The notes: generated by a model from the letters alone, not told the origin. Counted from the first letter of the stretch, positions 17,870 through 25,773 are shown. The stretch is 64,000 nt of DNA from Rickettsiales bacterium (GCA_022763105.1 JALEGK010000020.1:492-64491); one strand, 5' to 3'. Numbers and translations: made by a program.

Positions 17870-20252
17870 CTTGCCCGATGCGTTTGCTCCGTTATCTGAT
17901 GAGGAGAGGCAGCGCCCTGCACCTATGCCTCATGTGAAAGAAGAATGGGTAAGGATAGAATCTGTACCTGCTAATGAAATTGAACGCCTTAAGCCGCAAG
18001 GACATCCTGAGAAAACGCACCGATATTATGATAGGGAAGGGCGTATTGAGCAGATTATATTTCGATACGTAAATAAAGACGGTAGCAAACGATTTACTCC
18101 TTATACGTTCTGTAAGAACATCGCCACAAATGAGCGTGGGTGGCGAAAGAAAGGAGTAGAGGGGAAGCGCTCTCTATATAATCTCCCAGAACTGTTAGAG
18201 AGAGTAAGCGCGCCTGTAATTGTTACAGAAGGTGAGAAAGCAGCCGATGCCATAAAAGAGTTGGGATTAGACTATGTGGCTGTCACATCTAGTAATGGTT
18301 ATGCATCGCCAGCAAAAAGCGATTGGATGCCCCTCAAAGGTCGTCATGCCGTTATCTGGGGTGATAATGATGATGCGGGCCGTAAGTACGTCAGGTCAGT
18401 TAAGGAGCTGCTTCTTCAGGCGGGTGTATTATCCCTCTCTATTGTTGAGTATGACGATAGCTTTGCAGATAAATGGGATGCAGCTGACGCATTAGAAGAA
18501 GGGTGGAGTAAAGAGAAAGCCGAAAAGCTCTTAAAGTCTGCAAAGCGTATTTCTATTGAGACACTCTATCCAAAAGGATTTAATCGTAACGATGGTGGGG
18601 TGTTTTGGACTCCGGAAGGAGAAGACAAAGACCCTATTAAGATTTGCTCGCCACTAGATATTATCGCGCATACTCATGATGAGAATGGAGAGAACAGTGG
18701 CCTATTACTACAATGGGTATCGCCTCGTTCTAATATGCCCCACGAGTGGGCCATGCCTGTCAAATTGCTTTCTGGGGATGGTAGAGAGATACGAGAATAT
18801 CTTCTGGATCGAGGACTTGTACTGCATAACGGATCGAAGCAAAAGCAGAAGCTGTTAGAGTATTTGCAAGAGTCTCAGCCTGTACGCCAAATGACGAGTG
18901 TGTCTCGGATTGGGTGGCATAATGATTACTATGTAATGCCCGGCGGCACTTTTCCTGAATCTGAGAATCTAGTGCTTCAAACCAAGATGGATGACTATCG
19001 TGTTTATCAAAGCAAAGGATCGTTAAATGATTGGCAGTCGTATATCGCTCGATATACGGAGGGTAACTCAAGGCTTGTTTTCGCAGTTTCATGTGCATTT
19101 GCTGCACCGCTGATGAGGCTTATTGGTAATAATGATAGCGGTGGTTTTCATTTCATTGGAAATAGCTCGATCGGAAAATCCACTACATTGAAAGTAGCAG
19201 CAAGCGTATGGGGTGGTAATGATGAAAGAGATTTCATTGAGCAATGGAGAGCGACGTCAAACGCACTAGAACGTTTGGCTGAAACGCATACTGACAGCCT
19301 ATTGTTGCTTGATGAGCTGGGACAGGCAGACTCACGTGATATTGCTGATACGATTTATATGCTGGCAAATAATCAGGGCAAGAAACGTATGTCTAAGGAT
19401 GCTGCATTAAAAGACTCGTACCGTTGGCGGCTATTATTTATTTCGACTGGCGAAGTGTCGTTAGAGAGTAAAATTATTGAAGCAGGGAAACGGCTAAATG
19501 CAGGGCTTGAAGTGCGATTCATCAATATTCCAGCTGATGCTGGACAAGGTTATGGGGCGTTCGAGAAAATTCATGATGAATTTGAGCATCCAGCTGAATT
19601 TGCACGCTACCTTAATGAACGCAGCGTAAAATATTATGGTGTGCCAATCCGCGCCTTCTTAAAGCGTTTGGTAAACAATAAAGAGCCTTACTTAGAAAGC
19701 GTTGCGCAAACAATGGATGCCTTCAAGCAAGAAGTGCTACATGAAAGTTATGATGGTCAAGTGGCGAGAGCAGCAGAACGATTCGCTATGGTGGCCGCAG
19801 GGGGAGAGCTGGCAATTCGTATGGGCGTATACACGCTTGAACAAGGAGCAGCACTTGAGGCCGCAGAGCGTTGCTTCAATGATTGGATGCAGTATCGTGG
19901 TACATCTGGTCGCTTAGAAGATGCTCAGATTATCAAAGCCGTGCGTTTGTATCTGGAGAAATATTTGGATAGTCGATTTTCACTAGAAGGCGATGAAGTG
20001 AGGGGAGAGCGTGCGGGGTGGAAACAAAAGAATGTCTTAGTCGACGGCACTCCCTGTGAGGAAATTTTTTATGTTTCTAAAGAGATGTTTCGTAACGAGA
20101 TATGCAAGGGCTTTGATTATAAAAATGCCGAAGCTGTACTAATTAAAGAGGGTTTTCTTTTTCCCGATGGTGCAGGTAATGCAACGCGTAACAAAACGAT
20201 ACAAAGCGCTAAAGGAAGACGCTATTGGATTAACGGAAACATATTATCTTAG
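17859..20252 (+). CDS. Toprim-domain primase fused to a DUF927-like SF3-type helicase/NTPase
   Basis: 797 aa. Toprim: VIVTEGEKAADA ... VIWGDNDDAGRKY. Walker A: GNSSIGKST. Walker B: LLLLDELGQ. Confidence 0.85.
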   Translation: MSNSLPDAFAPLSDEERQRPAPMPHVKEEWVRIESVPANEIERLKPQGHPEKTHRYYDREGRIEQIIFRYVNKDGSKRFTPYTFCKNIATNERGWRKKGVEGKRSLYNLPELLERVSAPVIVTEGEKAADAIKELGLDYVAVTSSNGYASPAKSDWMPLKGRHAVIWGDNDDAGRKYVRSVKELLLQAGVLSLSIVEYDDSFADKWDAADALEEGWSKEKAEKLLKSAKRISIETLYPKGFNRNDGGVFWTPEGEDKDPIKICSPLDIIAHTHDENGENSGLLLQWVSPRSNMPHEWAMPVKLLSGDGREIREYLLDRGLVLHNGSKQKQKLLEYLQESQPVRQMTSVSRIGWHNDYYVMPGGTFPESENLVLQTKMDDYRVYQSKGSLNDWQSYIARYTEGNSRLVFAVSCAFAAPLMRLIGNNDSGGFHFIGNSSIGKSTTLKVAASVWGGNDERDFIEQWRATSNALERLAETHTDSLLLLDELGQADSRDIADTIYMLANNQGKKRMSKDAALKDSYRWRLLFISTGEVSLESKIIEAGKRLNAGLEVRFINIPADAGQGYGAFEKIHDEFEHPAEFARYLNERSVKYYGVPIRAFLKRLVNNKEPYLESVAQTMDAFKQEVLHESYDGQVARAAERFAMVAAGGELAIRMGVYTLEQGAALEAAERCFNDWMQYRGTSGRLEDAQIIKAVRLYLEKYLDSRFSLEGDEVRGERAGWKQKNVLVDGTPCEEIFYVSKEMFRNEICKGFDYKNAEAVLIKEGFLFPDGAGNATRNKTIQSAKGRRYWINGNILS

Positions 20253-20254
20253 GT

Positions 20255-20473
20255 TGTTCTGCCTGTTCCGATTGTTCTAACGCCATAACAGGCTGAATAT
20301 CATGAATTATATCTGCTGTTGCGCAGGAACAAGTCACTAAGATGCGATTGTTCTGTTTGTTCTCTGGAACAATGGGAACAGTGGGTGGATGGGTTTTTGT
20401 TCTTGACCCAATTTATTTAAGTCTGTGTAATTCCTTCGATTTCTGTTTGGGAACGATGAGAACAACAAGAACA
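20255..20473. promoter_or_regulatory. Iteron array: 11 perfect and 1 imperfect TGTTC/GAACA motifs, 9-bp phased, dyad-symmetric; putative island replication origin
   Basis: TGTTC at 20255, 20264, 20273, 20349, 20358 and 20398. GAACA at 20327, 20367, 20376, 20460 and 20469. GAACG at 20451. The arrangement is mirror-symmetric about roughly 20364. It starts 3 nt after the primase-helicase stop. Confidence 0.6.
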
Positions 20474-20507
20474 GGGAGTTCGACAAGCATAGGAGAGAGC
20501 TTACGCT

Positions 20508-21362
20508 ATGAGATATGAGCATCAAGACGACTGGCGTTTTAAGTTAATGCTTTTTGTCTACGAGAATTTTTCAAAGATTTTATTAACCGCCTTCAGCCTG
20601 TTTGTGGCGTATGTCGAGTTAAGTGCATTTCTCGCAAATATACCTTGGTTTAATGAAGATGTTGTGTTGATGGAGGGGGTTTCAACATCAAAGGGCGCGA
20701 TCAGTGAATATATTGTTTTGGCGATTTTATTGTTCGCGAATGTTCACTTATGGCTAAATGATGCGACACGCTCTAGAGAGATCAAGCTGTATAAAGGTCT
20801 TTTGCTATCTAGCAGTCCTGCGGAGGATAAACTAAATGTATACTTGGCGCATTTAAGTAAGCGGCGATTTAATTTTGGCCACTCGCATAGAGTTAGCATT
20901 TATAAATACGACAAAGACTTAAAGTGCTTCTTCAGAGTAGCGCGCCATTGCCAGAGAGTTGACTGGAGTGACGGTGGGCATCGGGAAAGCTATTTGAGTG
21001 ATAAAGGTATAATCAGCAAGGTTTGGAAGGATGAGGACTTTAAAATCAAGGGGCTGCCAGATAGAGAGAAAAATTTTTATGGGTACAGTATGGAATTGGA
21101 TCGTGAAGGAGTTGGGCTTCCCGATGACGTGTTAAAGAAAATGAGGATGCCTAGCCGCTCTTATTGCGGGTTTAAGGTTCACGACCCAAACGAACCCCAC
21201 AGCCTTGGAGTGATTATATTTGAAAGTACGAAGCCAAATGGGTTAAAATATCGCAGGCTAAAAAGATTCATGCATTCTTCAGAAGGTAAGTTGTTAGCCC
21301 AGTTGACAGAAAGCAGGAAGTTAACGCAGAATGACAGTGAGGTAGGTTTATGGCCGCTTTAG
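20508..21362 (+). CDS. 2-TM membrane protein with C-terminal GAF-like soluble domain; candidate toxin/effector
   Basis: 284 aa. AGGAG at 20491-20495. Hydrophobic helices: ILLTAFSLFVAYVELSAFLANI and YIVLAILLFANVHLWL. C-terminal pattern: RVSIYKYDKDLKCFFRVARH..GIISKVW..YCGFKVHDPNEPHSLGVIIFEST. Confidence 0.6.
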   Translation: MRYEHQDDWRFKLMLFVYENFSKILLTAFSLFVAYVELSAFLANIPWFNEDVVLMEGVSTSKGAISEYIVLAILLFANVHLWLNDATRSREIKLYKGLLLSSSPAEDKLNVYLAHLSKRRFNFGHSHRVSIYKYDKDLKCFFRVARHCQRVDWSDGGHRESYLSDKGIISKVWKDEDFKIKGLPDREKNFYGYSMELDREGVGLPDDVLKKMRMPSRSYCGFKVHDPNEPHSLGVIIFESTKPNGLKYRRLKRFMHSSEGKLLAQLTESRKLTQNDSEVGLWPL

Positions 21363-21838
21363 GTGACATAATTGCGTATTTGTATCACGAATATCCTCTT
21401 AAGACTGACCTCTCTAAGGCTCGGGTTAATAAGCTTATTTATTTGGCGGACTGGATCTCTGTATTAAACAGAGGGCATCAGGTTTCAGATATACAGTGGG
21501 TGTTTAATAGATATGGTCCTTATGTGGACGATATAATTGAAGCTGTGGTATGTGACGATAAGCTGCATGTGCAGTCCACAAGAAATTATTTCGGAGACTT
21601 AAAAGAGATAATTTCAGCGGATGAAGATTATATTCCTGAAACACTGAGTGATGAAGATAAAGATTACCTCAGTGATGTTATCAAAGAGACTTCAGCGATG
21701 AGTTTTAAACCCTTCATCGATTTTGTGTACTCCACATATCCTGTTAAGTCACAGCCTCGAGGTGCTTCGTTAAACTTGCCTCAGTTGGCCGATCAGTTAA
21801 AATCCCTTATTAGTCGCGCGGCTAGTTCTGTAGTCTAG
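21350..21838 (+). CDS. Panacea/DUF4065 (SocA-like) domain protein; candidate antitoxin
   Basis: 162 aa. KARVNKLIYLADWISVL..IQWVFNRYGPYVDDI fits the KLxKLLYxA...W..GPV core of the domain. Overlaps the upstream gene by 13 nt. Confidence 0.6.
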   Translation: MAALGDIIAYLYHEYPLKTDLSKARVNKLIYLADWISVLNRGHQVSDIQWVFNRYGPYVDDIIEAVVCDDKLHVQSTRNYFGDLKEIISADEDYIPETLSDEDKDYLSDVIKETSAMSFKPFIDFVYSTYPVKSQPRGASLNLPQLADQLKSLISRAASSVV

Positions 21839-21928
21839 TATTAAGCACCCCTATAAGGCGTTTGATTCTGTTTCTCTCTGCTTTTTCTAAACAGTATAAT
21901 ACAGCATTAAAACTGTTTAGGGGGAGTT

Positions 21929-22270
21929 ATGCCGATACCATATTTATTGATGGGTGCTCTAGGGCTTGGTGCTGCACTATTGCTGAAATCTGAGGCTGAT
22001 AATCAGCAGCCAGCGGCAGATGATGAGAAGTTATGGGAAGAAGAAAAGGAAAAGGTTTCGACTGCCATGGCTATAGATATAGGAACGGAAGATGGCTCAG
22101 AAACAGTAAGCGAAACAGAAAAAGATGGTGCTGTTTCCCCTTATAGGGAAAATCAAACAGTTTCTGAACCAAATGCATTACGCCGTGGTGACCGCTTTAC
22201 ATGCCCTGATACAGGACAAGAATTGCAGGTTCGTGCGGTCGGTGGTCGTGGAAGAAAAGCGGTTCACTAA
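21929..22270 (+). CDS. Small hypothetical protein with one N-terminal TM helix and an acidic tail
   Basis: 113 aa. GGGGAG RBS at 21921-21926. IPYLLMGALGLGAALLL TM helix followed by a Glu/Asp-rich region. Preceded by TATAAT flanked by an 8-bp inverted repeat. Confidence 0.5.
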   Translation: MPIPYLLMGALGLGAALLLKSEADNQQPAADDEKLWEEEKEKVSTAMAIDIGTEDGSETVSETEKDGAVSPYRENQTVSEPNALRRGDRFTCPDTGQELQVRAVGGRGRKAVH

Positions 22271-23181
22271 CTCGCCTGTGGGTGACACTCCCTATATACC
22301 TTCATTGCGTGTTCATTACTGACCTTAGTGTAAATTTGGGTGTTACTGATACTGGTATGCCCAAGCAGCTTTTGCAGAGATATGATATCTGTTCCGTTTT
22401 CCATCATGTGAGTGGCAAAGCTATGTCTAAAAGCATGCGGTGTTACCGTGTGGGCCAATCCTAGTTCTTTTCGCACTTTTACAACGATGCGTTGAAAGAC
22501 TGCCATCTGCAATCTGTCGCCATGTGCACCTATAAACAAGGGGCAGCCGCCTATGACTTGCCGAGGGCGTAAAGCAATATAGCACTCTAGTGTTTTTTGA
22601 GCGATTGGTAAGAGGTAGGCCATACGTTGGCGATTACCTTTCCCTGTTATACGGATATTTTCTTTAATCGTGCTACCACTGAGTACATCGCGGTCATTTA
22701 GCTTGAGTGCCTCTCCTATACGCATGCCTGTGCTATAGAGCAATGTGAGCAAAGCTCGATCTCGAATACCTATCCATGGTTTGCGCGAAACAAAAGTGAT
22801 AGCTTCTAAGCAATGAAGGGCTTCATCAACGGTTAGGGGGCGGGGTAGCGGCCTTTCTGCTCTGGGCAGTGGCAAGAAATGTGGTTCTGAGTTTGTGATG
22901 CCATGGCAATCTTCTAAGAAAAGATAGAATGAGCGGATTGAAGCAATCACTTTTCGCGTTGAATATGCTTCATAACCTTGAGCATGACGGTAACTAAGCC
23001 ATCTCCTAAATGACTTACGATCTAGCAACGCTAGAGACTCAAGGCTAATAGGAAGCCCTAGTTGTTGCTCGATAAAGCAAAGAAACTGTCTAGTGTCGCT
23101 TAGGTAACTGTTTGCTGTTAGAGGTGCTTTCTGTTTGCAATGAAGCAGCCATTCAGCCCATTCGTGAAGTAAATTATCCAT
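22267..23181 (-). CDS. XerC/XerD-like tyrosine recombinase (second recombinase of the island)
   Basis: 304 aa. Catalytic motifs: YSTGMRIGEAL, HAFRHSFATHMMENG, LLGHTSISNTQIYTKV. Confidence 0.85.
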   Translation of the reverse strand: MDNLLHEWAEWLLHCKQKAPLTANSYLSDTRQFLCFIEQQLGLPISLESLALLDRKSFRRWLSYRHAQGYEAYSTRKVIASIRSFYLFLEDCHGITNSEPHFLPLPRAERPLPRPLTVDEALHCLEAITFVSRKPWIGIRDRALLTLLYSTGMRIGEALKLNDRDVLSGSTIKENIRITGKGNRQRMAYLLPIAQKTLECYIALRPRQVIGGCPLFIGAHGDRLQMAVFQRIVVKVRKELGLAHTVTPHAFRHSFATHMMENGTDIISLQKLLGHTSISNTQIYTKVSNEHAMKVYRECHPQAS

Positions 23182-23743
23182 GGCTAGCCTCGACTTGAAT
23201 TTGCGGGGTGATGAGGGGTAGCCATTGATCGAGTGTGCGATTGACTACCCAGACAGATACACCGAAACGTTTGGCAATTACGCCCTTTGGGGTTTTAGCG
23301 ATATGAAGCCGGCACATGGCGCGTGACCGCAGGTGATGCAGTCTTTTTTGTATTCGTTGATGTAGATAAGTGTAGTGGCCTCGTAATCTCTCGGGGGACA
23401 CATCATGCAGCATGGCGCGTGCTGTTATGATTTCATCTATAGGGCACTTACTCTTTCTGCCTTCTCTATGGATGTTGAGAGTGATCCAGAACATACGAGA
23501 GCTTTCTGTTTTCCAGATATTCAAACGTTCAAGGCGTTCGTGATCTATGTCCTTTTGACGTTCGATACTCCGAGCTAAATCGCGCATGAGTGGCGCAGCA
23601 AGCAATGTAAGCTGCTCGGCCATGGCTCGTGACAGGTTAAGAGTAATCTCAATACGATCATTGCCTGCTGATGTGACGTTGCTTATAGAAATAGGGGATG
23701 AATGAGAGAATAAGTCTGGAATATCGGGCATTTGAGCCTCCAT
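23174..23743 (-). CDS. Hypothetical protein with C-terminal HTH; partner of the XerC/D-like recombinase
   Basis: 189 aa. Its stop overlaps the recombinase start by 8 nt. KGVIAKRFGVSVWVVNRTLDQW is HTH-like. Confidence 0.55.
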   Translation of the reverse strand: MEAQMPDIPDLFSHSSPISISNVTSAGNDRIEITLNLSRAMAEQLTLLAAPLMRDLARSIERQKDIDHERLERLNIWKTESSRMFWITLNIHREGRKSKCPIDEIITARAMLHDVSPERLRGHYTYLHQRIQKRLHHLRSRAMCRLHIAKTPKGVIAKRFGVSVWVVNRTLDQWLPLITPQIQVEASHG

Positions 23744-23776
23744 CTAACGTAGGTTAAACCAAGCGTTAGACTGCAT

Positions 23777-23806
23777 CCCAGAAGGGCACGGCAAGGGCAC
23801 GAAAAA
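23777..23806 (+). promoter_or_regulatory. Second copy of the paired GGGCACG motif (tRNA-proximal arm)
   Basis: cccagaaGGGCACGgcaaGGGCACGaaaaa. GGGCACG at 23784 and 23795 (11-bp phasing). It lies 42 bp from the att core. Confidence 0.5.
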
Positions 23807-23848
23807 TATCTCGGAGGATGACAAAAGCCATCAACCCATTGATATGTT

Positions 23849-23925
23849 TGGCGCGCCCGGCAGGACTCGAACCTGCAACCTTCAGATTAGAAGTCAGATG
23901 CTCTATCCAGTTGAGCTACGGGCGC
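23849..23925 (-). tRNA. tRNA-Arg (anticodon TCT)
   Basis: 77-nt cloverleaf. Acceptor stem GCGCCCG/CGGGCGC. D arm GCTC/GAGC. Anticodon arm TCTGA-CTTCTAA-TCTGA with one T-T mismatch. T arm GCAGG-TTCGAGT-CCTGC. CCA is encoded. Confidence 0.9.
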
Positions 23926-24010
23926 AACCCGTTTCATAGTGGGCAAAATTGGTTAATAAGTAAATAAGCATCGCAGCTTTTTTGACAAAGATGTGCGTTT
24001 ATTGCGAGGC

Positions 24011-25426
24011 TCAGACGTTTATTTCCACGCCGGATTGGCTGAGTTGGTCTTTGAGCTGGGCGATGAGTGTTTGCAGATTCTGCTCATTTCGTGCCTCGCA
24101 GCGGGCGATGATGGCGGCTTGCGTGTTGGATGCACGCAGCAACCACCAGCCATGCTCGGTATTGACTCTTACTCCGTCAATATCGGCGAAATCAGCGCCT
24201 TGCTGCTCTAGGCGGACACGTACCTCATCGATGATCACGAATTTACGTTCTTCGGTGCAATCAATTCGAATTTCTGGTGTTGCGTGCTGAATCGGCAGTT
24301 CGTCAATGAGCGTGCTAAGTGGTGCATTTACGCTAGATGCAATTTCAATGAGGCGTAGGGCTGCATATAGCCCATCATCGAAGCCATAGTAACGGTCCGC
24401 AAAGAAGATATGGCCGCTGGCTTCACCGGCAAAGGCGGCGCCGGTTTCTTTCATCTTGCTTTTGATATGGCTGTGGCCCGTCTTCCACATCAGCGGTTGG
24501 CCGCCATTATCTTCAATGAGTGAGAAGAAATCCTGGCTAGTCTTCACATCGGCAATGATGGTCGCATTACTATTGTCGCGCAGCACACGCAGCGCCAAAC
24601 ACATGAGCATGTGATCGGATAAGATCATTTTGCCCTGATCATCGACCGCGCCTAAGCGGTCGCCATCACCGTCAAAGGCGAGGCCCAAATCGCATTTTTC
24701 TTTATTCACCACATCGATCAGTTGCTGCATGTTTTGCGGCACGGATGGGTCTGGATGGTGATTGGGGAAGGTGCCGTCAATCGTTTCATTGAGCAGGATA
24801 TGCTCCATATGAGGCAGCTTCTTGGTGATGGCTTGGCAGACTTCACCAGCGGCACCATTGCCTGGGTCCCATGCGATTTTGAGTGATTTATCGTTATCGA
24901 TACCAGTGCTTTCAATCAGCGTGTCGACATAGCGGTCGAATACAGAAAGTTCTTCAGAGGTGCCATCTGCATGAATCCAGTCACCTGCGGCGGCCAGCTC
25001 GCCCATCTCGCGGATTTGCTGCCCGAAGAAGCTCTGCTTGCCCAGCATCATTTTAAAGCCATTATGCGTTGGTGGGTTATGCGAGCCCGTGATCATGATG
25101 CCTGCATCGGCCTCTAGTTCGTAGACGGCAAAATAAAGCATGGGGGTTGGGCCAACACCGGTATCAACCACATGCGCACCCGCAGCCATTAGGCCGTTGC
25201 GTAGCGCTTCGGATAACTCTGGCGAGCTGAGTCGACCATCGCGTGCAATCGCAATTTTTGGTGCGGCTTTGCCTGTGGTGCGTGCAGCAATCGTTGCGAA
25301 AGATTGCCCAAGAACAAAGGCGTCATCCGCGGATAGGGTTTCGTCTAAGATGCCGCGTACATCATATTCGCGCAAAATAGACGGATGGAATTGATACGCA
25401 TCATGGCGTTTGGCTGCTTGCGTCAT
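24011..25426 (-). CDS. Phosphomannomutase/phosphoglucomutase
   Basis: 471 aa. TGSHNPPTHNGFK active-site Ser loop, FDGDGDR Mg site, GEASGH. Confidence 0.9.
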   Translation of the reverse strand: MTQAAKRHDAYQFHPSILREYDVRGILDETLSADDAFVLGQSFATIAARTTGKAAPKIAIARDGRLSSPELSEALRNGLMAAGAHVVDTGVGPTPMLYFAVYELEADAGIMITGSHNPPTHNGFKMMLGKQSFFGQQIREMGELAAAGDWIHADGTSEELSVFDRYVDTLIESTGIDNDKSLKIAWDPGNGAAGEVCQAITKKLPHMEHILLNETIDGTFPNHHPDPSVPQNMQQLIDVVNKEKCDLGLAFDGDGDRLGAVDDQGKMILSDHMLMCLALRVLRDNSNATIIADVKTSQDFFSLIEDNGGQPLMWKTGHSHIKSKMKETGAAFAGEASGHIFFADRYYGFDDGLYAALRLIEIASSVNAPLSTLIDELPIQHATPEIRIDCTEERKFVIIDEVRVRLEQQGADFADIDGVRVNTEHGWWLLRASNTQAAIIARCEARNEQNLQTLIAQLKDQLSQSGVEINV

Positions 25427-25442
25427 GTGAAGCTCCTTACTC

Positions 25443-25763
25443 TTAGCCGCGTTGGCGATGAGCGCCCTTTATTAGCACTTCTTTTGCCTGATTGATTTGA
25501 CTAGCCAGATAGGCTGACCCGCCTCTATCGGGGTGAATATGCCGCATTAAGCGGCGATGTGCAGCAATTATTTCACGTTTATTGGCTTCAGCATTTATGC
25601 CTAGCACCTCGCGGGCTGTGTTGCGGTCCATCGCATTTTTTAGAATGTCGTTGCTTACCTCTTGTTCGGCGTCTGGCTGAGGGGTGGGTCTGCGAGTGCT
25701 TTTGCGAGCACGCATGATCAACATGAGCGACAAAACAGATACGCAAAAAGAGATGATCCACAT
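25443..25763 (-). CDS. Membrane-anchored J-domain (DnaJ-like) protein
   Basis: ATG 25763 gives 106 aa (MWIISFCVSVLSLMLIM TM helix ... IAAHRRLMRHIHPDRGG with the HPD motif). The track ORF 25443..25985 is an upstream extension that overlaps the previous gene. Confidence 0.75.
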   Translation of the reverse strand: MWIISFCVSVLSLMLIMRARKSTRRPTPQPDAEQEVSNDILKNAMDRNTAREVLGINAEANKREIIAAHRRLMRHIHPDRGGSAYLASQINQAKEVLIKGAHRQRG

Positions 25764-25773
25764 GGCTACACCC

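Larger units (their letters stand above)
14919..23895. mobile_element. tRNA-Arg(TCT)-integrated genomic island (satellite/P4-like or mobilisable island), about 9.0 kb including both repeats
   Basis: Bounded by a perfect 47-bp direct repeat. Contents: integrase, AlpA-like protein, primase-helicase, iterons and a second recombinase. I recognised no capsid, tail or conjugation genes. Sampled lines show lower GC. Confidence 0.85.

Noticed and set aside
20337-20525. A 62-aa minus-strand ORF across the iteron region.
   Set aside because: It is made of the iteron repeats themselves (LF/SS-rich translation) and overlaps the RBS and start of the 20508 gene. The repeat structure explains it better.
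23982-24290. Two plus-strand ORFs (102 and 72 aa) just right of the tRNA.
   Set aside because: They are embedded antisense in the 3' end of the phosphomannomutase gene, which has strong motifs throughout.
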